A stretch of DNA of 64,000 nt. Origin: Chlamydiales bacterium. GTDB lineage: Bacteria > Chlamydiota > Chlamydiia > Chlamydiales > JAAZZY01. The DNA is taken from contig CBDBKM010000011.1 of assembly GCA_965206695.1 (NCBI GenBank), positions 320,001 to 384,000 of the forward strand. The letters run 5' to 3'. Position numbers and translations under genes: made by a program. How positions within the stretch are numbered: position 1 is the first letter of the stretch; each line of letters starts with the position of its first letter. The notes under the pieces are model-generated. The model was not told the origin of the DNA. It saw only the letters and a list, made by a program, of their open reading frames with translations, and made no database searches. Shown here piece by piece: positions 44,530 to 55,448 of the stretch.

Positions 44530-46632
44530 TTATTGAACATCTGTAGCACACCTAAAACCATATGTCCGATTTTCTGTACCCGGATTATTTCGATGACGGT
44601 GGGAACAGCGCAAATCTTCTTTTAAACTTTTCCAACAACCTCCTCTTAAAACACGATATACTCCCTGTAAAGGACCTTGTGGGTCCTCCGGTTCTTGGGC
44701 TGAAGTTTCATAGTAGTTATAACTATACCAATCTTGACACCATTCATAAACATTACCGGCCATATCATATAATCCGAAAGGATTTGGCGGATAACTCATA
44801 ACAGTTGTCGTATCAGAACTAAAGAAATTTGCCTGATGCTTTTCTATTTCATTACCCGTAGGGTAAATGACATCTACAATATTGCCTCGTGCAGCCACTT
44901 CCCATTCAGCCTCAGTTGGCAAGCGTTTTCCAACCCATTTGGCATAAGCTACTGCTCCATACCAAGTAATACCCACAACAGGATGTTTACTATAGCCTGA
45001 TTCGATGCTTAGTTGCCCACCGCTTCTTTTGACTCGGGATTCCCTTAATCGAATAATATCATTATTATGGGCATCTTTTTCCCCTCCCATCGCTTCAAGA
45101 AATCGAACAAATTGTTCATTTGTAACGGGATGTACGTCTAGTGCACAACTTTTTAAAGTAATATTATGTACCGGAAGCTCATCCCGACTACCATCATTAC
45201 TGCCTCGTTTAAAAACACCCCCCTTTATCACAACCATATCTGTTAAAAGAGGCTCCACTTCTTTAACTTCTCTAGGTTTCGGTTGGTAATGAGTAACGGA
45301 TGACTCATGACTAAAGATAGCGCCCGGATCAGGATCATAATCAGGTCTTTTTATTTCTCTTTTTTGCATCAACGGTTTCAATGAAGATTCCATATGATGA
45401 GTGGCTGATTCGTGTATAGCCATTGCAATTTCCGGTTGAGCTATCATGTTTGGCTTAGGTTGGGGCGAGAGTGATTGAAAGGAGTTAGCTACTTGATTGG
45501 TTAACGTTTTCGTCTGAGATTGCGGAAAAGGGGGCGAATGACGATCCGCTATATCAGCAATCGGTTCCGACGGTGGTGCAATATCAGATGTTTTTTCTAT
45601 CGATGATGTCGCAACATCTTCAGCAGTATAGGATATCTGTTCTTCATCTCCGAAAATATTATGATTTTGAAGTTTTTGAGGATGAACAAATGTGTTGCTT
45701 TTTTGTAATAACTTATCTAAAGCTCCAAGCAATGAGGTGGGACGTTTTTCAGGATTACCTTGAAGACAACGGCAAATTAATAAGTCCCAATTCATCTTGT
45801 ATTCAGGCACAACTTCAGAGGGCATATCAAAAACACCTTCCGGAAATTTATCTGTTATCATATGGTAAACCAATACCCCAAAAGCATAAATATCACTTGC
45901 CGGTTCAATAGATTGAGATTGAGCAATAACTTTTTGTTCAGGAGCTAAAAAAGCATAGTTTTGCAAAAATGAATTATGCAATGTCATGAGTTTAGAAGAA
46001 TCTATATTGCTTGTAACATATCGCTCTTCACCTGTGGTATTATTTATTAGAACAGGAGTGATATCCAGTGCATCGGCTAAAGCTTTGTATGTTCGACTCA
46101 ACACGGCTCCGGTACCAATAATACGAGAAAGACCAAAATCAGATAAAAACAAATCTACTTTACCTTCAGTCCCTTTGCCAACGAGGATATTGTTAAATTT
46201 CAATCCTCGATGTACGACTTCACCTCCTCCTCTTCGTTTGCTATGGGCATAATCCAAAGCATCAGCAATTTGACGAACAAGAAATAGTAATTCATTTTCT
46301 TTAAGTCGGTAGCCAAGATCTAAAAGATATTGTTTCAAATTAGTCGTTTCGCTAAGACTATCAACGACACAATCCATAACTAAAAAATAGCTACCTTCTG
46401 AAAATGAAACATTGTGTATCTTAACAATATGGGGATGATCTAATGAAGCCAGTAACGCTACTTCTTCTTCAAATCTTTGAATAAAACCCTTATCTGATGC
46501 TAATTCTTCAGGCAAGACTTTGAGGATATATTGTCTTTTCATGAATCGATGTTCTGCTAAAAAGACTGTTCCTAAAGATCCTTGACCGATCTGCTTGAGA
46601 ATGTTATAATCACCTAATACCCGAATGCTCAC
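44530..46632 (-). CDS. pkn1: Ser/Thr protein kinase fused to an FGE-sulfatase (SUMF1) domain
   Basis: GQGSLG, HRGLK and DFG kinase motifs, then RLPTEAEWE and GLYDMAGNVYEW. Confidence 0.9.
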   Translation of the reverse strand: MSIRVLGDYNILKQIGQGSLGTVFLAEHRFMKRQYILKVLPEELASDKGFIQRFEEEVALLASLDHPHIVKIHNVSFSEGSYFLVMDCVVDSLSETTNLKQYLLDLGYRLKENELLFLVRQIADALDYAHSKRRGGGEVVHRGLKFNNILVGKGTEGKVDLFLSDFGLSRIIGTGAVLSRTYKALADALDITPVLINNTTGEERYVTSNIDSSKLMTLHNSFLQNYAFLAPEQKVIAQSQSIEPASDIYAFGVLVYHMITDKFPEGVFDMPSEVVPEYKMNWDLLICRCLQGNPEKRPTSLLGALDKLLQKSNTFVHPQKLQNHNIFGDEEQISYTAEDVATSSIEKTSDIAPPSEPIADIADRHSPPFPQSQTKTLTNQVANSFQSLSPQPKPNMIAQPEIAMAIHESATHHMESSLKPLMQKREIKRPDYDPDPGAIFSHESSVTHYQPKPREVKEVEPLLTDMVVIKGGVFKRGSNDGSRDELPVHNITLKSCALDVHPVTNEQFVRFLEAMGGEKDAHNNDIIRLRESRVKRSGGQLSIESGYSKHPVVGITWYGAVAYAKWVGKRLPTEAEWEVAARGNIVDVIYPTGNEIEKHQANFFSSDTTTVMSYPPNPFGLYDMAGNVYEWCQDWYSYNYYETSAQEPEDPQGPLQGVYRVLRGGCWKSLKEDLRCSHRHRNNPGTENRTYGFRCATDVQ

Positions 46633-46769
46633 CTTTACCTCATGATTGAATCATTTAATTTATTTGTTTAGTCCGGGAAGACATACACTCACTTAAGATA
46701 TCCTTCCATTACATGGATTTTCCTACTATAGGGAAACTAATCCGGACTTCTTTTAATTAACTTTTTTGC

Positions 46770-47611
46770 TCACTCATATCTTTCCCATTTAATAGCCTCT
46801 TGAACAAATGAAAAGATACCGGATCCGGAAATCATAATATTGTTATCTAATATATTATTCAAGTGATGCACTAAAATCGTATCTTTTTCCGTTCCCTTTG
46901 AAAGCATTAGAGTTACATAATATAAATGGACATCACAACTATTTTTTTCCAGAGCTTTCATAAATTTTTCGAAAGCCTTTTTTTCAGACAACTCCTTTTA
47001 TTTAATGAAATAGCCGGTTCCAAAAACTTCATATAAATGAATCCAAAAGTTTTATCCACTATAAAATGATTAGGAACATGTTGAATAACATGATAAAGCT
47101 GTTCCATAAAACAATCGTAAAGCTTTAAATTCACATTGTTTATTGCAACAAGGTAACCCAATTGATCGTATGTAGGATGTACATCAAAAATAAACGCGTA
47201 TTCACTGTGAATCTTTCTAGCGACACCTATGAAAGTTGCATCATTAAATGTCATATACAATTGAAGTGCTTGATTATAAATGGATTCCTTATTTGAAGAT
47301 AGGATAGTATCAACACCGGCCTTTGAAGCAAACTCTAAAGCCTCCAAAAAAGTTAACATAGCCTTACAACGTTTTTGGTCTTTTAGATACACTAAAGCTT
47401 TTTGCAATAAAAATTCTCCGGCTTTAGCAGATTCGCTTAAGATGACTCGATCTAAATAATTAAGCGCCCTGTTATAGTCTCTTTTTACGGGAGCTCTTTC
47501 CGCTTGCTTTTGCAAAAAGTAAGCGGATAAAATATTGATTCTCATTAAAATAATCGATAAGCAAACTAAAAAAGAATATTTTTTCATTTGTAATAAGGAA
47601 ATCATTAGCAA
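46770..47611 (-). pseudogene. TPR-like protein, frameshifted near 46985
   Basis: Two overlapping ORFs with helical TPR-like character, upstream of pkn1. Confidence 0.5.
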
Positions 47612-47716
47612 CTACCCAATTGAAAACGCATTATTCCTATCGAAGTGAAAAAAAACAATCACAACTTTTTTAAGTGCAAGTTTAAATTTTTAATTATATG
47701 TTTTTTTTTGTAAAGA

Positions 47717-47750
47717 TGCCTTTTCAACTATGAAGTGCAACAAATTTGTA
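47717..47750. mobile_element. Solo IS30 terminal repeat
   Basis: ttttcaactatgaagtgcaacaaatttgta, as at 5593 and 29441. Confidence 0.75.
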
Positions 47751-47753
47751 ATC

Positions 47754-48909
47754 TATACTGCTCGTAGCTGAATCAGAGAATTCATCTTAAAGGACAATGA
47801 ATATGATTAATAATAATTTTTTGAAAATTATCGTTAATTCTTTGACCTAATTGCTTTTTCATTTTTGGAATTTCTTCAAAACAGAACGTTCGGATAGCGT
47901 CACTGAAATCAATCAATTTCTCGTAGCACTTATTGTAAGTTTTTTTCTCCCTCATCACCTTCCGGAACCTCTCTATTGGATTCAAATTGGGTGAATATGG
48001 CGACAAGTAATGGATTTTCATCTTTGATGTAATAAGAAATTCATTAATCTTTTTGTTTTTATTGGATCGGCCATTATCACAAATAATCTGAATGGATTCT
48101 GCACCGGATGACTTTTCCAAATCTTTTAGAACGTTTATTACATTATCGGCATTTATCGTATCGTATTCTTGTGCAAAGACTTCCGGCTTAGCAAGCGGTA
48201 AAGCTTCTACAAAATGCATTCTAAATTGTTTGTTCGTAGTCGGGAGCGTTTGTATCTCTCCCTTCTTTATCCGGCCGGATATGGCTTGAGACCGGAATTC
48301 AGGATGCACAGCATCCAAAAAATACATTTTCCCGCCTTCTCCTAATGCAGCTTTCAAGCTCATGTATGACTCTATAAAATCTTGCCGCCTTTGTGGATCG
48401 AACTTTCCCGGAACTTTCAATGGCTCTTTGTAGGTAAACGCATGATCTTTGAGCCAAGAGGTTATTCCGGATACTGAATAGATGATGTTATATTGTTCTT
48501 TGACGTACTTACAGATTTGTTTTGCATGAAAATAGGTGAATATTTGAAGTTGTTTCAACAACTCTTGTGTCCGTATTTTATTTAGCTTACCGGCGCTTCC
48601 GCCTTTAGGGGCGTGATGCGTTTTTGTCAACTCTTCGTATTCCGTCAAATATCGATATACGCTTGCTATAGCTATTCGATGAGCTTGAGCGATTGACTTG
48701 GGAGACATTCCTTCGCTTCTTGCTAAAATCACACATAAACGTAATCGTTCATGTATATTACGAGTGTTTCTTGCGCGATTCTCAAGGTTAGATTTTTCTT
48801 TTGGTGAAAGGTGTATTTATGATGTAGATCAAAATTTAAAGAAGTAAGGTTACTCTATCACTAACTAATTTTTTAACAAAATTCCTCTGATTCAGCTGCG
48901 AGCAGTATA
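47754..48909 (-). mobile_element. IS630-family element with degenerate transposase (47782-48732)
   Basis: IRs TATACTGCTCG.AGCTGAATCAGAG, and FLDAVHP / CDNG / PYSPNLNPIER motifs. Confidence 0.9.
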
Positions 48910-49068
48910 TAATACATGTTACGATACATTTACTGATTTTATAATGAGAGGTAAGTTTTTTTTTAAAGACAAAATCTCGATTTTAAGAGACAAGCTTAAG
49001 ACACGAATGAATGATCCATTTCAAGTACCGAAACTCAATCCTGTCCGGCTGCCAATGTGAATGAGTAT
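48910..49068 (+). mobile_element. IS630 3' remnant
   Basis: Similar to the reverse complement of 19583-19740. Confidence 0.7.
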
Positions 49069-49334
49069 ACGCCTATTAATCATTTCTTTGAGTACATAGT
49101 AACGATCTATTTCCTTTTTAGACCCCCCTTGACATTTAATCGTTAAAAAAATCTGTATACTGTTTATAGAACTTCCATTCAATTAAAAAAGTTCCTATTA
49201 TCAATTTATAAAAACGGAAGTTTCTATTTTGGAGAAAAGCGAAAATTTCTATTTTGTTACTACAGATATTTATTTAAAGATGTCTTTAAATCCTAGCTTT
49301 AGATAAACTGCTACGACTTCTACATATAAAATCA

Positions 49335-50651
49335 GTGTATTCTATGACCTTTGATAAATTTAATTTGCATCCCCAAGTTCTTAAAGCTGTTGCTGAAGTA
49401 GGGTATTCCGAACCAACACAGATTCAATCACAAGCTATACCAAACGTCCTGCAAGGCCTAGATATTAGGGCTTCGGCGCAGACCGGCACAGGCAAAACGG
49501 CTGCATTTCTTTTACCGGCTCTTCATCGTTTAACCCTTCCTGCCACAAGACCGGGTAGAGGAGGACCACGAGTTCTTATTCTTGTCCCTACTCGAGAACT
49601 TGCTATGCAAGTTGCTGTACAGGCAGAAAAATATAGTAAATACTTACATCGACTACAAACGGTTTGTGTTGTCGGTGGTGTTCCATATCCAACTCAGATG
49701 CGCAAACTTTCTCGTCCCTATGATATTCTAATTGCGACTCCCGGGCGCCTTATTGACTTTATCGATCGTGGCAAGATAGACTTTTCTCGCTTGGAAATGC
49801 TCGTTCTTGATGAAGCAGATCGTATGTTAGATATGGGGTTTGTTGAGCCTGTTGAGCAAATTGTTGCACGCACTCCGGCAAACCGCCAAACGTTACTATT
49901 TTCTGCGACTTTGAAAGGGGAAGTTATTAAGCTGTCAGATCGGCTTTTAAATAAGCCTATGGATATTATGATTCAAGCTGAGCAGACTACCAATGAAAAT
50001 GTTCAGCAGAAACTTTATTATGTTGACGATTTGTATCACAAAAATCGTCTTCTTGATCACCTTTTAAGTGAAGGTGGTGTTGACAATGCTATAGTCTTTA
50101 CTTCAACAAAGCGACATGCAGATCAGCTTACTGATGAACTCCATGAAAAGGGATACCGCGTAGCTTCGTTACATGGTGATATGAGCCAGAGGCATCGGAC
50201 TCGAACGATAGGGGAATTGAGAAAAGGTAAGATTTCAATCTTAGTAGCTACTGACGTTGCAGCTAGAGGTATTGATGTCCGATCAATTACTCACGTGATC
50301 AATTTCGACCTTCCTCGCAATGTGGAAGATTATGTGCATCGTATTGGTCGTACCGGACGTGCAGGAGCATCGGGGATAGCATTATCTTTCGCTGCCGGGC
50401 GTGATGCTTTATTAGTGAAAAAGATTGAAGAGTTTACTCGACAGTCGATTGATATCGCAGAAATAGCCGGTATGGAGCCTCGTATCAAGCCTCATACTAC
50501 TCGTCCGCGTCCTTCTTCTAATAGACGTTCTCGTTTTCGCCCCGGAGCGAAGAATGGGGCTCATCGTCCTACAAGATCGGGTTCGAAATCATCAAAGGCC
50601 GGGGCCGGTGGAAGCAGACGAAATAGTAAAAGTGTCCGTCCTTCTTCTTAA
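49335..50651 (+). CDS. DEAD-box ATP-dependent RNA helicase (RhlE-like)
   Basis: Q motif, AQTGTGKT, PTRELA, TPGRL, DEAD, SAT, ARGID, HRIGRTGR and a basic tail. Confidence 0.95.
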   Translation: MYSMTFDKFNLHPQVLKAVAEVGYSEPTQIQSQAIPNVLQGLDIRASAQTGTGKTAAFLLPALHRLTLPATRPGRGGPRVLILVPTRELAMQVAVQAEKYSKYLHRLQTVCVVGGVPYPTQMRKLSRPYDILIATPGRLIDFIDRGKIDFSRLEMLVLDEADRMLDMGFVEPVEQIVARTPANRQTLLFSATLKGEVIKLSDRLLNKPMDIMIQAEQTTNENVQQKLYYVDDLYHKNRLLDHLLSEGGVDNAIVFTSTKRHADQLTDELHEKGYRVASLHGDMSQRHRTRTIGELRKGKISILVATDVAARGIDVRSITHVINFDLPRNVEDYVHRIGRTGRAGASGIALSFAAGRDALLVKKIEEFTRQSIDIAEIAGMEPRIKPHTTRPRPSSNRRSRFRPGAKNGAHRPTRSGSKSSKAGAGGSRRNSKSVRPSS

Positions 50652-50700
50652 ATTCAAGCAAGGCAAGTAGTCTATACTATTTGCCTAACTTAATCATTAA

Positions 50701-52788
50701 CTCACCTTATGCAAAGTTAATATAAAGATTTTTCTATAAATGTTATCATTTTCTTTCAATTTTGAGGAAAGAACCTGTCAAAAAATCTTCCGGATATATA
50801 TACGGATTACCTAATTAGTCAGAATCAATACGCTACAGCTATAGGACTTTCAGCGCTTTTAGATGGAGAAATCAGCAAAAATTTATGGCTGTATGTAAAA
50901 TCTAAGCTTCGAAGATATACCCCTTATGAATCAAAGTGCCGATTCTAAGACTTGAAAATGATCATTGATTCGTGTCCTCATTGATTGAGCAATAGAGGGC
51001 CAAGTATTTTCAAAAAATCCGGTAATCGATCTCCGAAATTCTTTAGCAGAATTAAAAAACCGATTATTGCGACAATATTCATTCATCACTTTCCATAATC
51101 GTTCAATAGGATTGAGGTTAGGACTGTAAGAAGGTAAATAATAGAGAATAATACCTTGTTTTTCTGCTTCTTGTTTGGTCTGAATACTTGTATTATAAGG
51201 ACCTTGATCTAAAATAAGATGGATATTTGGAGCTGAGGGATATTTTGACCGTAATAAAGCAAAATGTTTTGCCATGGTACCGCTATTTAATGTTTCATAA
51301 GCATCTATTGTTACCTTCATACTGTTTAAATTGATAGACCCCATAAGATTCATTCGAGTTCTAGAAGCTGTTGTTGCGATTAATTTACTTGTTCCCGGTC
51401 GAATCCAACCATAAGAAATTTTAGTTGCCATAGTTGGATGTACACCATCAGCAAATTCAACAGGCTCATTTTTAGGCAGAGATGCCATAAGCTTGGTGTA
51501 AAATTGCATCCAAGCTTTTTGTTGATCAGAATTTGCCTTAGCCGGTGTACCTTTAGGCTTTTTATAGGAAAAACCATGTGAGTGTAGCCAAGAAGTCATC
51601 CCTGAAATCGTATAAACAATGCCATATTTCGCGAGAACATAAGAACAGATATCTTCTACTTTGACATAGGTATGAGTTGTTAAATGTTTAATGAATTCTT
51701 CTGACTGTGGCGCAAGAAGTTTACTGACTGAACCACCGCTTTCTACATGCAATTGCTGTTTATTTTGATATTCTTTAATGTGACGAGACACTGTTTCATC
51801 GTCTAAAAGCACAGCTTCAGCAATACGAGTATTACTCCAACCTTTATTCGACAATAGAACAGCCTTGATACGATCTCGTATACGACCATTCTTTTCTCGT
51901 TTATGTTGCTGTCTGAGATGCTTTTCTTCTGATAGTGTTAAAAATGAATTCATACAAAATAATTTACACTATACGAATACAAAATATCCGGAGGTTTATT
52001 CGTGATGAGTATATAAGACTTCTTCAAAGGGTGTTTTAATTTTAGATAACTCTATAGAGGAGAAACCTTATACGGAAAAAAATCGTTACTTAGCATTTTT
52101 TTCATGCCAAAAGAAGATGCGTTAAAGGCATCAATATTCTTTCTACTCTTGTTAGATACGATGATATAGCCTTTCCTATTGGCTATGAAATCATATCTAA
52201 AATAGTTCGTTTTTATGATATTAAAACAAAAGAAAAGAAAATCCGGTTTAACTAAAAATGAATGATTTCGAAGGCAAATCAAGCCGGCTATAAACAACCG
52301 GGTACACTTTTTCTTGCTGATAATCGGTTTGGATCGAAAAACAACATGGAGCTTATTCAATATGAAACAGATAAGAAATTTATTTTAGGTATGAAGTCAA
52401 ATAGACCAATCGCTTTCTCAAAAAGAGAAAGCAAAAAAGGGTCAGTATTACAATCCGGAATCGCTTCATCTCAAGGACGGAGAAAAAAAGATAGTGTGGC
52501 TTAAGCATGTAGCTTTTTCTGTTCCTCTAATAAAGAAAATCTTCATAAACGAAGATAGCGCATCAGGAGCTCTGTACCTTGTATGCAACGAGTGAGACCT
52601 TGATGCCGGCTCACTCTATGAGATCTACAAAAAAATCATATTTTTGCATCTCTTGTTGCTTATTGCAAGCCGGAATTATTAAAAATTAAGACCCATTTAA
52701 ATTATTTTGCTCTTAAATATAAATGGTTACCGAGTAACCTTTTATGAACTGCAAAAATGACATGCTACTTGATTTTGCGTAAGGTAAC
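50701..52788 (+). mobile_element. Decayed IS701-family element interrupted by IS630 copy C
   Basis: Ends CTCACCTTATGCAAA / TTTGCGTAAGGTAAC. Fragments IYTDYLISQN, LWLYVK and LADN.F...N...FILGMKSNR. Confidence 0.75.
50916..52013 (-). mobile_element. IS630-family single-ORF element, copy C (50931-51953)
   Basis: Near-identical to 26104-27201. Confidence 0.95.
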
Positions 52789-52884
52789 TTCCTCACTTGC
52801 CTTCAATATTATGATAATTTTCTGCAAAATTAAATAGGATTTCGTGTAACATTTTTACTTAACCGGAATGCTTAAGAGAAAATC

Positions 52885-53805
52885 ATGATCAAACGTAATA
52901 GCCCTTGTTGGTGTGGTAGTGGGGAAAAATGGAAAAAATGTCATTCTCCGGATATTGGACCGCAAAAAGAACAAGAGCAACTGATTCAAGAATATTACAA
53001 AAAATGGGGTATTCTTTTAAAAACTGAACAAGAAATTCAAGGTATAAGAAAAGCATCTCTTTTAGCTGCTGATATTCTTAATAAAACATGTAAGATGGCA
53101 AAAGAAGGTGTAACCACGCAAGAGCTTAATGACTTTACTCATCAACTTCATGTAGAAGCTAATGCAACACCGGCATCTTTAAATTACGGTTCTCCTCCTT
53201 ATCCAAAAAGTATTTGCATTTCCTTGAATGAAGTTATTTGTCATGGTATCGCCGATGACCGCCCTTTAAAAAAAGGTGATATAGCTAACTTAGATGTAGC
53301 CTGTATCCTTGATGGCTATTATGGAGACTGTAGCCGCATGGTGTCTATTGGCAGAATAAGCGATGAAAAGCAATTGGTAATGGATGTCTCCTATGAATGC
53401 TTGATGCAAAGTATTGCAATTCTTAAGCCCGGTGTCTTAATCTCTGATATTGGAAAGGTTATTGAAGATATTGCTTATTCAAAAGGATGTTCTGTCGTTA
53501 ATATGTTTGTCGGGCATGGTGTTGGCATAAACTTTCATGAATCTCCTCAAGTCCCTCACTGCCGCAATGAAACGCACGTCCCTTGCGTTAAAGGAATGAC
53601 TTTTACCATTGAACCTATGATTAATGCCGGGGTAAGAGATGCTATTATTGACCCTTATGATCATTGGACAGCTCGAACAGCAGACGGAAGAGCTAGTGCC
53701 CAATGGGAACATACTATTTTAATTACAGATAACGGACACGAGATCCTTACAAAAGCCGATTGGTCATTTGACAGCTCCCAACCCCTAAAGGGAAGGGATT
53801 CCTAA
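52885..53805 (+). CDS. map: Methionine aminopeptidase with N-terminal SEC-C motif; C-terminus supplied by IS605
   Basis: RNSPCWCGSG.KWKKCH, NEVICHG, GD, GHGVG..FHE, FTIEPM and QWEHT motifs. Confidence 0.95.
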   Translation: MIKRNSPCWCGSGEKWKKCHSPDIGPQKEQEQLIQEYYKKWGILLKTEQEIQGIRKASLLAADILNKTCKMAKEGVTTQELNDFTHQLHVEANATPASLNYGSPPYPKSICISLNEVICHGIADDRPLKKGDIANLDVACILDGYYGDCSRMVSIGRISDEKQLVMDVSYECLMQSIAILKPGVLISDIGKVIEDIAYSKGCSVVNMFVGHGVGINFHESPQVPHCRNETHVPCVKGMTFTIEPMINAGVRDAIIDPYDHWTARTADGRASAQWEHTILITDNGHEILTKADWSFDSSQPLKGRDS

Positions 53806-55432
53806 TTCATCGACCACTGCTAACAAACAAGCTAGTCTAACATGATCTCCAAAGGCTTACATTACCGACTGCCCTGCGGTATCGAGATTAATAGATGCAT
53901 TAAGATCTCTATCGTGTGTTACTTTGCAGTTTGGACACTGCCAACTTCTCACACTTAAATCTAAAATTTCTATTTGGTACCGGCAGGCAGAGCATAGTTT
54001 TGAACTAGCAAAAAATTGATCTAATTCCACTATATTTCTTCCGTACCATTCACACTTATACTTTAAAAATATTAAAAACCGGCTCCATCCTGCATCCGAT
54101 ATATGCTTGGAAAGTTTTTTATTTTTTAACATCTTATTAATATTTAACCCTTCTATCGTGATCGTTTGGTTTTCACGAGCCAACTTTGTAGAAAGTTTAT
54201 GATGAAAGTCCTGCCTTATATTTTTTATCTTCGAATGTATCGAAGCCACCGATCTTCTTTTTTTGAGTCTGTTTTTACCTTTGACTTTAGCTTTGCTAAG
54301 AGAACGTTGTTTTCTTTTTAGTCTTTTCTTATGAAATCTAAAAGGTTTAGGTGCCGTAATCTTTTTCCCTGTAGAAAGAGTTGCGAATGTCGTTAATCCT
54401 AAATCTATACCGACAGAATTATTTCTCTTCTCAAAAGGGATCACTTCTTCTTCTACTAATAGGCTCACAAAATACCTGTCACAAGAGTCTTTTGTGATTG
54501 TTATACCTGTTGGTGTACCTAAAAAACACCTTGACCAATGTATTTTTAATCTGTCTTTAGATTTTGCAATCTTAAGATTAACCCCATCCCAACTAAATGC
54601 TGACTTAGTTAATCGTATTGCCTGCGTACTGTGTTTGTTTTTAAAGCGAGGGAAATTTGACCTTTTTTTAAAAAAGTTTAAAAAAGCTCTATCAAGATCT
54701 CTAAGACTTTGTTGCAGACAAACAGAAGAAACTTCGTTTAACCAAAGAAACTCTTTGTTTTGCTTAAGACTTGTCAAGAATGCCGATGTTTTAGAATAAC
54801 TTACATTCTCTTTGTATTCCTGATATTTCTTGATCTTAAAATTTAAAGCTTGATTATATACAACTCCGGAACATCCAAAGCTTTTTGCAAGCAACTCCTT
54901 TTGTTTTTTCGTTGGATAGAATCTGAATTTATATGCTTTTTTGATCATCATGTATTGCATTATATGTCCGGTATATATATATTGTCTATCCGGAAAGACG
55001 GAAAACCTCTAAAACAGCAGTTTTTAACCTTAGTTACCATGTTATTTGGTGTCCTAAATATAGGAGAAAGGTTCTTGAAGGTGATATTGTTGTTCGTTTA
55101 AAGGAATTATTAAAATTAAAAGCTCTACAACTAAATATAGAGATTCACGAACTGAATATTATGCCTGATCACGTACATATTTTTTTAAATACCAAGCCTA
55201 TATATTCGCCACAATTTTTCATAGGACAACTTAAGGGATATACAAGCCGAATATTAAGGCAAGAATTTTCAAGCTTAAGATCCGGGTTACCCACACTGTG
55301 GACACGGTCTTATTATGTTGATAGTGTTGGAAAATTAAATGAATATACAATCAAAAAGTATATACGGAATCAAAAAAACAAATAGACACTTTCATCCACC
55401 CTTAAAAAGGTGGGTTTTCTCGTTTAATTGTC
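53768..55432 (-). mobile_element. IS605-group element, copy 2 (tnpB 53857-54960; tnpA ~54981-55385 on +)
   Basis: Near-identical to 17643-19307, with TTTAT at the left end. Confidence 0.95.
53857..54960 (-). CDS. tnpB: RNA-guided endonuclease TnpB
   Basis: RuvC D-E-D residues and zinc finger intact. Confidence 0.95.
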   Translation of the reverse strand: MQYMMIKKAYKFRFYPTKKQKELLAKSFGCSGVVYNQALNFKIKKYQEYKENVSYSKTSAFLTSLKQNKEFLWLNEVSSVCLQQSLRDLDRAFLNFFKKRSNFPRFKNKHSTQAIRLTKSAFSWDGVNLKIAKSKDRLKIHWSRCFLGTPTGITITKDSCDRYFVSLLVEEEVIPFEKRNNSVGIDLGLTTFATLSTGKKITAPKPFRFHKKRLKRKQRSLSKAKVKGKNRLKKRRSVASIHSKIKNIRQDFHHKLSTKLARENQTITIEGLNINKMLKNKKLSKHISDAGWSRFLIFLKYKCEWYGRNIVELDQFFASSKLCSACRYQIEILDLSVRSWQCPNCKVTHDRDLNASINLDTAGQSVM

Positions 55433-55448
55433 ATAAACCAAAAAATTT

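Noticed and set aside
44530..46632. HRGLK instead of HRDLK in the kinase as a novelty
   Set aside because: As I recall, divergent catalytic loops are common in chlamydial Pkn1. This could not be checked here, so it is not claimed.
49129..49161. TTGACA...TATACT promoter for the DEAD-box gene
   Set aside because: The 21-nt spacer is too long for a confident call.
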